Counted from the first letter of the whole stretch, positions 1-13,356 are shown. The stretch: 63,319 bases of DNA, filler included, from Vermamoeba vermiformis (GCA_045837725.1; 3 parts of 3 records of this genome joined end to end with filler, not necessarily neighbours in it); one strand, 5' to 3'. Translations and numbers: made by a program. Notes: generated from the letters alone by a model not told the origin.

Positions 1-807
1 GTGCTCGTCATGCCACAGCCGATACAACGCCTGGCTCAACCAAGACCGCGATCTAGCCGTTCTCTATATATTAGTCAGAGCGTCAATAATGCCTAATCAG
101 CATTGGTAAGAATGAACGGGGATCACACTCCGCAATGGTCAAAAAAAATACTTAAATTGCTCCAGGGCTTGGATTCAAATTGACGGAGAGCTATGTTGAC
201 TCGCCGTAAGTAACGATATTGCATATTTATAACTAAAAATTAACACGAAATTAGCAAATGACGCATTGAGACAGCGAAGAACCGAAATCGTGTTTGAATT
301 GTGCAATGTTGCTTATGTGCATCAACATGGAGTGAAAGTGATGAAATAAGACTGTCAGCAATGTGGTGCAAATAGATTCGTGGCTCCATTGATACGAAGG
401 TACGTGATCAAAATTTTCGCTCAGATATTTAGTTGTGTCTATTGTGATATTGAAACAATGAGGTGCAGTTTACTTATTGTTCTGACGCATGCTAGGAATA
501 TCGAAGGTGTCTCGACAGAAGGCTCGACACAGTTCGGAGATGAATTTCCGATATTACGACTTTTGTCGGTATAGTGGTGCGCCAGCACTTGCATGGTTAA
601 GTCCCACAGATAGCTGTTTAAATGATGCCGTCGTTGAGTGTCGAAATGAAGAGAAGAACGTTGCAACGGAATATCTCTTGTCCAAAGTCGTAAATAGTCA
701 ATGCTGGTCATATCTCCTGTTGCGCGTGGTGAATTCTTTTTTGTGCATAGCAGAATAGTAGCGTGACCTCATTATTCTTCGATTTATTCAAACTACCACA
801 ACTACTC

Positions 808-2813
808 ATGTCGGAGGTACGTACTTACGATTATTGGTAATGTTATACTAACCCACTTTCTAGCATTTATTGCAGTGGGTGTCATCAAAACTCGCGTTAA
901 ATATCAAGTCAATCGAACAAGAGCAATTCAATGACGGTGTCATAATATTGCGACTATTGTCGGTACTGACCGGAGAGACGCTAGAACCGCATCAAAGCAC
1001 TCAGAAGGGACTTGCGATGCAAAAAAATGCAGCGAAAATATTGACATTTACGCAACAACGCAATATTAACATTGGAGACGTTGGCGTTGCAGGTAAGTTC
1101 CAGATCTAACAGTCAGGTTGTAGTTCTAACAATACCTCAATGCAGAACTCCTCAGCGGCAAAGAAAAAGACGTGTTGCGAATCATGTTTTATCTTTTTAG
1201 CAGTTTTGCACCAAAACAAGAGATAGGTACGAGCAGCTTGATTTTAAATCGAAAGCGTGGGCTCTAACTTGCGTTCTAGAACAATTCAACAAAATAAATC
1301 AAACCTCCGGAGGCAGCTCTTCGACTTTATTTCCGCTGATTGACATGTACACGAAAATTCCGTCCTCCAAGTCCGAAGTACAACCTGTCAAGCCAACTTC
1401 AGATACCGTTCGAGCCAACCGTCTTTCATTCGCTAGACTGAGTATCTCGGACCAGCAGACTACACCGTCCCCTTCTTCGTCCGCAAGTGTTGGCAGTGCC
1501 GCCAAATCAACCCAACCTGCCTCCATTGCAACGAAACCGTTGGCGAGTCAAACGACGTCAGCCAACAAGCCCCTCAGCTCGGAGAAATCAGCCGCATCAT
1601 CTTCATCTCCCTCCCTTAGTGCTGTCAATGCAAGCAACACTGGCTCACCGTCAACGAAACCGAAAGAAGGGTCGAGCACCTCAGTCACCCCAAGCAAACC
1701 GACGCAGTCTTCAACCTCCGGCGTTAGTACTACCCCACCAGCCAACCCACCTGTTGCTACATCTGCCTTAAACGCTCCTGCACCAGAAGTGGCCAAGTCG
1801 TTCTTGCAAAACTCAATGAAAGAATTGAAAGACAAGTTGGACAAAGTCATTCCAATGAAGCCAAAGTCGTTCATTGACTACTGCGAGGACCACTTTAAAT
1901 CGAGTATCGCTTCGTTCGAAGAAATATTGAAAACGTCCGTTGTTACGGAGAAAGAAGCAAGCCAACTAATTGAACAATTTAAGGTATCAAACGACGGTTC
2001 GTTATCTTTGAGTCAACCATTAATGTTTGTCTGACACAGAAATGGCTGAAAGAGTTCATGGACAAATACAGACAGAAAAACAACGAGGTTTACGTGACGA
2101 AGTCCTTACCGATCGTGAAACAAAACGTTGTGGCACTTGCCGACAAACTTGCTAGCTGCACGACGCCTGAAGAACAACAAAAAGTAATGGAAGAATTCAA
2201 ATCTAACAATGACTTGTTCGACGAGATTCAGATGTACATGCCTGAACTTTCGCCACAAATCTACGGCATCACGAGTCAAATCGCTGAAATCAAAAGCGCA
2301 GCGCAAGATAAATTGATAAAAAAGAACAAAGATAAAGAAAAGGCTCGCATTCGAAAGCAGAAAGAAGACGCCGAGAAAAAAGCGCTTCAGGAAGCACTGG
2401 ACAAAGCAAAACGTGAGAAAGAAGAGGCCGAAGCGAAGAGAATGGCCGCTGAAAGACAGGCTCAAGAAGAGATTGCAAGAGCAAAGCGTGAGAAAGAAGA
2501 AGCTGAGGCGAAGAGAATTGCCGCTGAAAAACAGCGACTTGAAAACGAACAAAAGAGACTCGAAGCAGAAAGAAAAGCCTTCGAGGCAGAGAAGGCCAGA
2601 TTACAGCTCGAAAAGGAACAAGCTGAACTTAAAGCCAAGCAGCAAGTCGTACATCATCACCACTCTTATTATTATGACTCTTCGTCAGACTCGTCTTCAT
2701 CCGATTCATCGAGTTCGGAAGATTTCCTGCTGTGCCATTATTGCCACAAAAGGCCTATTGCACCCGGCCATTACAAGTATTGCTGGAAGCACAGTACGTC
2801 AAAGTACAAATAA
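808..2813 (+). CDS. Calponin-homology (CH) domain protein with S/T/P-rich linker and long coiled coil (multi-exon)
   Basis: ATG at 808, intron 817-863, then LLQWVSSKL...QFNDGVIILRLLSVL...NAAKILTF...NIGDVGV, a CH-domain pattern. ORFs 1345-2034 (S/T/P-rich) and 2058-2813 (EKEEAEAKR coiled coil, C-terminal CxxC) can be joined by short GT-AG introns. Confidence 0.7.
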
Positions 2814-3095
2814 ATTACGCAGCAATGGCTGTCTTTTGATTGTTCGTTAGGAAAATGCATTGACAATAAAATTGCTTGTTTTAGGTTCAGATGTGCACAA
2901 GTGCTCGTCATTCCACGACCAGCACGATGCCTAAATAACACGTCAATATAATCTAGTTGCCGTGTGAATGATAGTGAGAGCGTCGATGTCGCAAAATAAG
3001 CATTGGTAAGAATGCACATTACTTCAAATTATCGCGATCTGCAATCATTTTAACGCAGTTTTTTGTCAAGCCACACTCACAGGCATTTTAACTAT

Positions 3096-6000
3096 TTACA
3101 TTTTGTTATTCTCCATATACTTGTCCAATATGTCGCAAATCTCTTCCATGGTCGGTCTCTGCTCCGGATCGAGACGCCAACACTGCACCATTAATTCTTT
3201 CAAACACGGATCGCAGTCTTCAGGTATGTCAGGAGTGATGCCTTGATCTCTGATTTGCACTCCAATGCTTATTTGATCTGCATCGGCGTGAGGTTCTTTA
3301 CGTGCAACGATTTCGTAAATGACCAAGCCAAAAGTCCACACATCCGATCTGAAAAAGAATTTTGTAAGGAATTTTTCGAGAGTATTATTATAAACGTATT
3401 CGATATTAAAATGCTTACTTTGTACTGTAAGACATGGATTTCAGCGATTCTGGAGACATCCAGCGGATCGGACCAACGTTGGATTTGGTCGTACTTCCTT
3501 TTTTCGCGTCACTCACCAAGCGAGACAAGCCAAAGTCTGATATCTTTGGCTGATTATAGTTCAACAAAATGTTGCGCGCAGAAATGTCACGGTGAATAAT
3601 CTGATTCTTGTGCAGGTGAAACAGACCCTTCGCAATGCCATTCACTGTGCGCAGTTGTTCTGCGACTATCCACGCTTGCTTCGTGTCGAACAGCTTTGTG
3701 TCGAGACTGCCACCGTCACAGTACTCGAGAATCATCACGGGGTAAGGACCATCGGAGGACACTCCAAGCATTTGAACCACGTTTGGATGCGGTCGAAGTT
3801 CACTTCAAAGTAAAGCGTTATTAACCTCTCAAATTAATTGCAACAATGGTGTTGATAATGCTATACTAATGCGACTTACACCATGAGTTTGGCCTCTCGT
3901 TCAAAGTCAGCACCAGTCGCGGAAGTGTTGATCTTCAGTGCTACTTTCACTCGTTGCCACTCTATTCAATAACAAACTATTAGTCTCTTATTCATTTATA
4001 ATATAGTGAGTGGCGAGTAGGATCGATTAATTACCTCCAATGAATACTTTGCCGTACGCACCAGCACCGATCTCCGTTAAGAACTTCAGCTCGGCATAAG
4101 GCACGTTCAGTTTGTCCACTGCTCGCGAACTCTTCAACGCACCACTTGCCCCGCCCTGATTGGTAGATTGAAGCTCTACTTCGTTGGCGGGAATCGATCC
4201 ATAAGCACGCGGGACTGTTGCGTAGTTCGTCTCTCGTGGATTTAGATTCGCATCACTCTTTTCAGCTGTTTGCTTTGCTTCTCGTTCTGCCTTTCGTTTC
4301 TTGCCGAAATAAACAGCCAAAAATATTGCCGCACCGAGGCCGAGCGGACACACCACAAAAATGGCTATGTAATCGTTGGACCAGCCACCCGGTGCTTCTG
4401 CGGTAGGGCCACTAACTTGGTGGTTGGATGGAATATTGGATGGAGCAGCGTCAATAACAATGGTTGTGCATAGCAATTCTATATTAAAACATCGGTTAAA
4501 AATTGTTGAAAACAGGATCTGGTCAGCAAGTAGGTGTCGCGGATCTTTTGCAGGTTTAATAGGCTACACTTCAGTGATAATAGCTCATATAGACGGACAC
4601 CACGATCTTCAGGTTAAAGCGTACCTGTAGAATTCCAAGTTGAGCCTTGAGCGCACGCACAATCCACGCAGTTAACATCCTTTGAATTGTCGCATGTTTC
4701 ATTGCCCGCAACAATATTATCGCCGCAAGCTATAATATTAATACATTAATAACGATGGTAAATGTCTAATAGTTTCCAAAATGTGAACAGAGCCGGATTC
4801 AAATCTGTCGAGAGAGTGTGGACTGAACTTACTAGTCTTGCATGTCTTATAATCTCCCGTGGCGTAATAGCCATCAGTGTTGCTGCACATGCAGTTCACG
4901 CAGCCTGCATTGCCCTGCACACAGTTCTCATTCATCGTTCTTACACCGTCGTCGCAACTTGAAATGATGTAGTAGTTCGTGAACGATGAAGAGCGCTCAC
5001 CAATGCACATTTGAGTGACCGCAAATGATGTCGATGAGAGCGGGGCTATTTGCAGTCGAGCAATGGGAAGTGACGGATCTGCTGCTGGAATCGTGAACTC
5101 GATCGGCGGATTCGTATTGTTATAATCGCTGATTATACCATTAAAGGTACTTGTATTCGAACTACTAGCCCAGGTCGTAATTAATCTTCCGTCAGGCATA
5201 ACATTCGTAGCGATGGCGTAAGTCAAGGCCAGATCTTCGACGGCAGCGAGATCTACCAGTGAAACAGTGCCTTTGTCGACAATATTAACGAATTGTTGTT
5301 TTACTGTTGCGTGCGTCTCATTGATGAGCTGGTACGTTAACGCAATAACGCTGTTACCTAAAAAGGAAACTTAGTATCGAATGTCCATTTTTAGTTCACT
5401 TCAATAGATTAATCATATGCAAGCAGAATATTAATAGCACTACATGTTACTCTATGGTTTGAATAATCGTCATAGTTTTAAAGTATTTGCACGGTCTAGA
5501 AATATTCGCATAAATTAAATTTAAATTTCCTAATTTGGACTCACCAACATAGGTTAATTGAACGTCTATCGGCAAAAACGATGTCGACCACGGAATACTT
5601 GTAATGTTTGTGACCGTCATAATGTCGTCGACTGTTTGAACGAGGATCTCGTACTGGAACTTCGAGATCTTCCAACTATAAGCGAGAATATAGGTATTGA
5701 CTCCTGCATCTGGATATGCCGCAAGTGCTGGGCGAGCAGTAAATACATTGTCTGGAGAGGAGACGATGGAAGTCGATTGGTACCCAAGCGTTGAATCCAC
5801 TAAAAAAAACAAATTAGTACGTTTATATACTCGGACTATTATCGTACCGTCAGCTAATAACATTTTAAATTTTCCTTGAACTGAGTTGGTAAGCATTACT
5901 GCAAGGATTGCCTTCGTACTTGGATGCGCGATTGCGATGGATGTGAGTTCGTTGTTAATTGGGTCATCCGGGAAACTGTTGCCGTTGCTAAGTAGAATAT

Positions 6001-6459
6001 CGGCCCAAAATATCCAATTCCAGGCCATTAGTTTCATTTCGGTCAAGTTATTATCCGGATTTCCCTTAATTAACGGGCCATAATGATAAAAGAACAGATT
6101 TACCAGCCGGTTTGTAAATGTACTGATCTTCGGGCGTTTGCATTAAAGTGACGTTAGGAGCAGCAGGCAAGCCATTTATCGTCTCGGCAAAAATTTGGAA
6201 TGCGATATAACTGTCGTTTGGTGCCGAGTACAAGGTAAAAAAATTGCGAGGGAAATTAACCGCATCTGAAAATGTGAAGGTGCTGTTCCGTTGATAGTAA
6301 GGTGAGTCTGCCGACATAAGATCTGGATACACCGTATAAATAAAGGCTGTAAAAAGGTAAATCAGAGATTTGATCAAATCGAGTATCAGGCTGCTTACCT
6401 CCAGATTCCACCTTAGAAATACAAATAATAATAAATAGCGATAAATATATAGTTCGCAT
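3096..6459 (-). CDS. Single-pass receptor tyrosine-kinase-like kinase (signal peptide, large ectodomain, Cys-rich repeats, TM, kinase)
   Basis: Signal-like MRTIYLSLFIIICISKVES at 6459. Cys-rich repeats SCDDGVRTMNENC and CGDNIVAGNETCD. TM IAIFVVCPLGLGAAIFLAVYF followed by GKKRK. Kinase motifs GAGAYGKV, HRDISARN, DFG, GPIRWMSPE, DVWTFG and CW...RP. Confidence 0.88.
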
Positions 6460-7549
6460 TGAGGTCTTCTTCAAGATGCTCCAAATTAGCTCATAAAACT
6501 GTTCATGAACCGGACTTTAGCGCTAAATTTAGCCAACGGTTGGAACGGCAAAGTTAATCGCGGTGTCTGCAACCATTGGAATTCCACAAATGTTAATGTT
6601 GGCAATCAAAGTACCGCCACAGTAAACACATCAATTGGATAGGTCTTCAACAAATTGTTGGAAGCGGCGCGAGATATGAGCTCACTGTAATCAAAAAGTT
6701 TCGTTAGATATTTAAAAAAATAATTTCTTGAAAATTTCGCCTGAATAATTATCGTTCATTTAGCACAAACGAAACGAGTTCGTGCAGTGAGACTCTGTCT
6801 AGAGAAAAACTTATTTTGAATTATTATTAATAATTAAATCCAAAGTCCTAAATTGAGATTTTAAATATACAATGTTGTATAAATATTTACTAGAATTAAA
6901 TGAAGCAACGTAGTTACCTCCGAGCTCAGCAAACGTCAAGGTCAATCCGAATCCGCACTCTGAAACAAATAGGCTCAGCTGGCTGTCAGCCACAATGTGT
7001 ATTGTATCTATGAATCATCCTCGTACTATCAACACAATACATCGGGGCGGAGTGCTGTTGGGTTGTTCTCGAAGGCCCAAATAATTATTTTAGTTCATTA
7101 TTCACATAAGCACCACTACCACTAAGCGCTACATATTTATTGGCCTATTCTTATAAGACTTAAATAAGTTAATCGAAATTAATGGTAGACTTACTGCAGC
7201 TGTGCACGTAATGCAACTTCAAAATCTAATCTAGATTTTAAAAACATTTAGTTTCTTTAAAAACAGCCTGTTGCCTCAAAATATTTCCAAAATATTCCTG
7301 TTATTACAACGATGTTGTATTATCAAATATTCATAACTGACGTTAGCTGCCTTGCCAGCAGATGTACTAGAAAATTGCAAAGTTGATCGAAAAGGTAACC
7401 TCGTCGATTCTTGTTCTGCAAAACAATCACGCGCAACATCTTTTCGTTGTGCACCATAAAATTAGTCAAAATATGGCTGAAATACCCGAAGAATCCGGAA
7501 AATAGCTTAAAAATATCAATTCAACAAAGAGTTTTTTAATTAAACAAAC

Positions 7550-8643
7550 ATGGGTGCTGTATTTAGAAAGCTCGAGAGCATAAAATTAGGCAAAGAATCC
7601 CTTTACTCTCTGATCAGAAGTCATTTGGCCGAGTTTATCGGAACTGTAAGTAATGCAAGACAATTGAAATTAATTATTAATTATTCTTAGGCGCTACTAG
7701 CTGTTGTAGGTATTGGCGGAGCTGTTATGGGTCATCTAACGGTTGATACGCCAGCTTACGACAAGTATGCCGAACTTAATTCCAGTTAGAAAATATACTG
7801 AGTTGTTCTATGATAGAGTAACCTTGACGGGTCGAGCCCTAGCAAACGGATTAATATTATCGATCATGATTCTTAATTTTGGTGGCATTAGTGGCGCGCA
7901 TTTCAATCCTGCAGGTACTCGTGTAATTTTTTCAAAAATTTCGAGTGAAACTAATCTTTGCGTTAGTATCGTTATCATTCTGCTTGCGGGCAGTGTATCC
8001 ATGGTCGAAATTGCTATCTTATTGGGTTGTTCAACTAGGCGGCGCAATTGCTGGTACGAGTACCTAAATTATTATTCTGATGGTCTAATCGTTGCGATCC
8101 AGGTGCTGCAATTATTCGCGGAATATTTCCTGATAACCCAGGGGTAATCTATTATCGCATTTGACTCGTGATTAAATTTTTTCTTTGCTTGCACAGAATG
8201 ATCATCGCGGTAGACCTCTGGAGCACTACGGATGGACTACAGCCCTCTACGTCGAAATATTACTAACTTTCGTGCACATTTTAAACATTTTGGGCACTGC
8301 TACAAGGTATCAGCTCATTGGCACGGGAACAGCTTTCTCGGTGGGCGGATGGGTCGCCACGTCCTTGTTATTTACCGGTAAGAGAGATATTACAATATAA
8401 TATTATACTAATGGTATAATAGGACCGTTAAGCGGTGCGGTATTGAATCCAGCCATTGCATTCGGAGCCTTCGTAATATCCGGTGAGTGGAATTACGGCT
8501 GGATCTACCCAGTCGGAGAGTTCTCTGGTGCTCTTATTGCCGTAGCAGTGACTTGGATACTGCACCCTGAGAAAGAAGGTGTCGAGAAGAGTGTTGCTGA
8601 GGGATCTGAACCCTACAAGGATCGTCACCATGAAGCTGCTTAA
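7550..8643 (+). CDS. Aquaporin / MIP channel (multi-exon)
   Basis: AEFIGT in exon 1, GGISGAHFNPA (first NPA) and LNPAIAFG (second NPA), with hydrophobic helices and the WIYPVG motif. Confidence 0.9.
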
Positions 8644-9649
8644 AATCCTGGGCTTCTCATGGATCGACAAGAACTTATCAGCACGCCGAAGACGACAGCC
8701 TGGAGCAACGAAGCCTTATTGTCTTCGCTGCACCGCGTAGAAAGTAAAGGCACACGTGCGGTAAAAATCAATTACTATTTGGTATAAATTGACCTCCATT
8801 TGACACTTGACCGGCGGAGTTTCCATTAGAGATCCGCAGAACCTTATTGAAGATTCTTCTTCCGTCGAGACTGTACTATACCAATACCAGATAATGTCGT
8901 AATAATAGTCGTGAAACTCTTATCAATGCGCAAATTGTTTTGTCTAGTTTATTCCAAACGCAACAAGAAAACAAAGGTGCACATGAGTTTTGAAGAACTC
9001 GAAGGGCAGCGCAAGAATATCGATGAAGTTCTTCCTGAAATTCTAATTTCTTTGTTTTAAAACAACCAGATGCAGGTAATTATTTTAAACCAGGATTTAT
9101 TAGTTACTGAAATCGAGAATAATTTAAAAAATAAAATTATATTATCTATATTTGGGAAGCAACGGTTATTCTGATAAATTAAATTTATATAATTAGAGGA
9201 TGTTGCAACTTGCTTAATACCTTATTTGATATAAATAATCAATTTTCACCGCAGTAAATTAGAAAACTCTTGGTTGGTCGTCCGCATGTATTAAAGTGGA
9301 GCATTGAAAAGTTGAACGAATGGCTCACCGAGAACAACTTGCCGGCGGGAGCATCTGGTGAAGATCCTCATCCATGCAAGTAAGTCCAGTAGAAAGCGTA
9401 GGTAATGATCATCCACGTATTAATAGTATGGAGCTATATCGTTTTCTTTTCGTTAAAATGCGCGCCGTAAAATCGGGCAATTCGCCGCAACCCTTAAACA
9501 AAAAGCGAATTGGAGGTTAGTTTGTATCTCCGGAGATGACTGACACTTTCAGAAACGCAAATACACGTGCTAATATTAAATTGTAGGTTTATCAATTCCG
9601 CCATTCATTTTTCAATTCTGAAACAAGCCGCGACATCCACTCCTTTATC

Positions 9650-10540
9650 ATGTCTCAACCAATGTACACTCTTCCTCCTGGCGCCATTAATACTGGCTAC
9701 AACCCTGGCGTCGCTAGTCACGGCGTCTTCCAACAACAAAATTATGTCCAGCAAGTAGTTACTCCTGGTCAACCCGTCCCTGGCAGCGTTATTCCCGAGC
9801 CCATGCACACTCATATGAAATGGATCGTGGAGAAATGCGAAGAATTTAATCGATCAATTTACAGCAATAAGGACATGAACGTCACCCAAATGATCCAAAT
9901 TTTATACGATCTGCTTGCTAAATGGGAAGAATATTTCGTCGAGTACCGAAGTTATGGCGAGATGCTTGCCGCTGAGGCAGAGTTTTTGAACCTTCAGCAA
10001 TCGTGCGCCGAAAAGACTCTGAAGTTGATGTCCACAATGAAGAAAATCAAATCTGGAGCGAAATCCTACAGCGGATCTAGCCGGTTGAAGGAAATGGCCA
10101 AAAAACTCAAGGGCATGATTACAATTAAAGGAGGAAAGAAGTCAATTACACTCAACGTTAGCGACAAGGCCCGCGTTGAGCGAACCAAGACTGTCAATTA
10201 TGTCCAAAACGACGTCGTTAATGTCAAGCGCAAGGAGCCTTCTTCGCCTCAATTACCGATGGCACATTCAAATCCAAGCATGGGTTTCTCAAACCCGAGC
10301 ATGCAGGTACCAACACCGATGCCAAACATGCCGTCAATGATGGCTACGAACCCCGTGATGGCTACAAACAATGCCTGCATCTCGTGTCGCATCCCGCTTG
10401 CTCCCGGCGCAGCATTTTGCTCAGGTTGCGGAACACGTCAAGTTCAACAACAACCAGCTGCACCTGTCGTAAAATTCTGCACCAAATGCGGCACGCAAGG
10501 TGCTGGTAACTTCTGCAGCGGTTGCGGCTCACCCATGTAA
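9650..10540 (+). CDS. Intronless protein: P/Q-rich N-terminus, helical domain, C-terminal double zinc ribbon
   Basis: 296-aa ORF. The C-terminus has four CxxC pairs (CISC, CSGCG, CTKCG, CSGCG), typical of DZR repeats. Confidence 0.8.
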   Translation: MSQPMYTLPPGAINTGYNPGVASHGVFQQQNYVQQVVTPGQPVPGSVIPEPMHTHMKWIVEKCEEFNRSIYSNKDMNVTQMIQILYDLLAKWEEYFVEYRSYGEMLAAEAEFLNLQQSCAEKTLKLMSTMKKIKSGAKSYSGSSRLKEMAKKLKGMITIKGGKKSITLNVSDKARVERTKTVNYVQNDVVNVKRKEPSSPQLPMAHSNPSMGFSNPSMQVPTPMPNMPSMMATNPVMATNNACISCRIPLAPGAAFCSGCGTRQVQQQPAAPVVKFCTKCGTQGAGNFCSGCGSPM

Positions 10541-10677
10541 TTATAATAACCGGACAATACCAATAAACTTGATTCAATTAATTAGTATTAATCCAATTCG
10601 CCTTTCGTTTTGTGATTCCGTTTCAAAAACATCAATTCGCTAACCAATTTATCTCATTCTACAACCAACGACAAAAA

Positions 10678-12124
10678 ATGAGCACCACAGCTAAGATGGA
10701 GAAGGCTCTTAAAGAGTCTCTTGCGGCCGTCGACTTCATCCGCGAGAAATGCGAAGCTGTCACGAAGATCGTCAAAAAATACAAGCTATTTGACGAGAAA
10801 TCAACGGCTGAGGTGTTAGAAGGAATATTTAGCCGCGTTGAAGATATAAAAGAACACTGGGACGAATACAAAGTGCATTTCGAGCGCAACGAAGAGTACC
10901 GCGCAAAATTCAAACCCGCTGCGAAAGCTATTATAAAAATGGCGGAGGTATTACGCAAGTGCAAGTTTGGTGGACAACAATATAGAGGAAGCAAAGAAGT
11001 TGGAAAGCTGGTAGACAAAATTGTTGTAAATTCTACGCCGATCCACTTTGTGCAAGGCAACACAACGGCACTGATTCCGGGCGCATCGGAAATATCTCCT
11101 GACGAGATTCAGATTGACCGCGAGATTGGTCAAGGATCTTTCGGTAATTTGGAAATTGCACGTGATCCCGCAAACTAATTCTTCTTATTTAGGCAAGGTC
11201 TATCTCGGTCTGTATAATGGAGCCACTGTTGCTCTTAAATACGCCACGACAATGCCTCCAGAAGAATTCAAACGAGGTACCGTCGGAGTAATTTGCTAAT
11301 TATTAAAATCCTAACGCACATTTAGAAATCAAAATTATGGCCAAGATCAAGCCGCATCCAAACATTATTCAGGTAATTTAATTTTTCGCCAATTAATTGC
11401 CATTTTCTCACTCATTTATGCAGTTGTACGGTTATTCGCACGATAAGAACACGAAATCACCAATTATTGTCCTCGAATACTGTCCCGACGGCAGTCTCGA
11501 AGAGTATCGCAAAAATCACGGCCCAGTTGACTCTAAAGCAATGAACAGTATGCTTCATGCCATTGCTCTGGGTCTTCATCACTTACACAACGCAAACATC
11601 GTCCATCGAGATCTGGGTGCCCGCAACATTTTGTTGAATAAGGGCGTGTGCAAGATTAGCGACTTTGGAATGTCAGGAAGTCAAAAAAATACCACAGGCA
11701 ATTCTGAAACAGTCGTCAAGGCGATGCCTATTCCCTGGATGGCTCCGGAAGTGCTTTCTGTGAAAAGAAAGGACTCCGGCATTCAAGTAACCGAATTTTC
11801 TACAAAATCAGACGTATGGAGCTTTGGCATGGTTGTTTATGGTAAGTTTGGCGTTAAAGAGTTCTTGTAGCGGTATTAAATTTGAAATTAGAACTCTTGA
11901 CTGGCAAACCTCCTCACCACGATCATGATCGACGCGAAGACCATGCATTGGCAGTGCGCATCATCAACGAAGGATTAACGCCTGAAATTCCAAGCGACTG
12001 CCCCGACCTATTGCGAGAGATCATGCAGAAATGTTGGCGCAAGGATCCGGCCGAGCGTCCCTCAATGAAAGAGATTGGCGCGATGCTCCAGCCCAGCAGT
12101 GCTCCTTCCTCGATGACTTTTTAA
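10678..12124 (+). CDS. Cytoplasmic tyrosine-kinase-like kinase with N-terminal helical domain (multi-exon)
   Basis: Motifs IGQGSFG, VALK, HPNII, HRDLGARN, DFG, PIPWMAPE, SDVWSFG and CW...RP spread over short exons. Confidence 0.9.
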
Positions 12125-12217
12125 CCTATTTATTCCCTTGTACTTCAATTCTTGCTGAATAAACACTCGTTTTCAAACTGTAGTTTTAGTTGTAGCTCTT
12201 TATCAATAATAACAACG

Positions 12218-12675
12218 TTAAGTCCGCGAGAGGAGTTCCATTTCCTTTTTGGCATTCTTTAAGCGAGTTCGTTGCAGTCCTAAACCGAGTCCAACGCCTA
12301 GGCCAATCGCCAAAGCAGCAGCGCCGGCAGCACCAACAGCTGCTCCAACCGTAGTTTGTTGTTGCAAGGTTAAGCCTAATTTAATAAATACTATTATGAG
12401 TAATCATAAAATACAATATTTAATACGCACCGCAAGAGCCCTCAGGCTGAATCACTTCCATTGTTCCATTTGGCGAGCCACACTGCATAAACGTCCAGCC
12501 GGATGCGCACGCACCTCCATTTTCACAAGGAAATACAATATTTGAGCCTCCACAGACCGTAATACCGGCACCTATTCGTTAGTTGTTAGATCGGAATAAA
12601 ATCGTGACAATTAACCGTACAAAATGTGCTAGCCACGCAAGTCAATACGAGCAATATAATTATGTCGGTCTTCAT
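12218..12675 (-). CDS. Small secreted/single-pass membrane protein with Cys-rich ectodomain
   Basis: Signal-like MKTDIIILLVLTCVAS, a Cys-rich exon (PCENGGACASGWTFMQCG), and a TM AVGAAGAAALAIGLGVGLGL followed by basic residues and a stop at 12218. Requires two introns. Confidence 0.55.
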
Positions 12676-12887
12676 TGTAACGCAGTTGTTTGATTGTGGT
12701 AAATAAACCATAATTCGCCTTGGCTATTGACATTTTCAAGTATTGCAGTTTCAAGGCGAATTGGTCACGTGCTGTGCAAAGGAAAAATTAAATAATACGG
12801 CGAAAGATTGCATCTCCAATTCGCTTTTTGAAATCAATCCATTATTGTAAATAAACATACCAACACCGATTGTACCAATATTTCATA

Positions 12888-13356
12888 ATGCCGAGGTGTC
12901 AAGCATGCAGTAAGCTATTCTTTCGTTCGCTTCAAATGATCTGATCGCGTTTGTCATAGAAAGAAAGTTCGATCAGGGGTCATTGCAATCGTCTTATTGT
13001 AAAGAATGTAAAGGAGCTCTTAAGGAAGGAAATTGGAAAGAATACGATCCTAATCGACCAAATCCAACGGTCAGTCTGATTTTGGAGACGAATTTGAGTT
13101 TTTAACGAATTTGAACCAGATCCAGACCGCACCACAACCACAAGTCCCCGTTGCAGCACCGATGACCACTACAGTGACTTACGTTCAAAATCAGCCGCCA
13201 ATGATGAACGCGATCCCAATGGGCATTCCTATTCAAACAATGCCATATCAGCAGCAGTATCAATACCCGCCGCAAAACAACGTCGTTGTTCAGCAAACAA
13301 ATGTTCAGCCGTACAACCCAATGCAATATTCTGGTTACCCACCGACATACCATTAA
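12888..13356 (+). CDS. Small protein with N-terminal CxxC pairs and P/Q/Y-rich tail
   Basis: MPRCQAC, intron, ...YCKECKG..., intron, then the low-complexity PQY-rich ORF 13111-13356. Confidence 0.55.

Noticed and set aside
2-109. CSSC...QDRDLAVLYILVRA resembles the Fanzor/TnpB zinc ribbon plus RuvC-III end
   Set aside because: It lacks the NAAxNI motif, DRD is not kept in the second copy, and the segment ends at an apparent splice donor. Upstream sequence is unavailable.
1299-2552. Antisense ORFs over the CH gene (and similar ones at 34579-35028 and 10659-11063)
   Set aside because: Shadow frames of low-complexity or coiled-coil coding sequence with no independent motifs.
8982-9383. SAM-like fragment (WSIEKLNEWLTENNL)
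   Set aside because: Short and interrupted by stops, with no consistent gene model; possible pseudogene, but unsupported.
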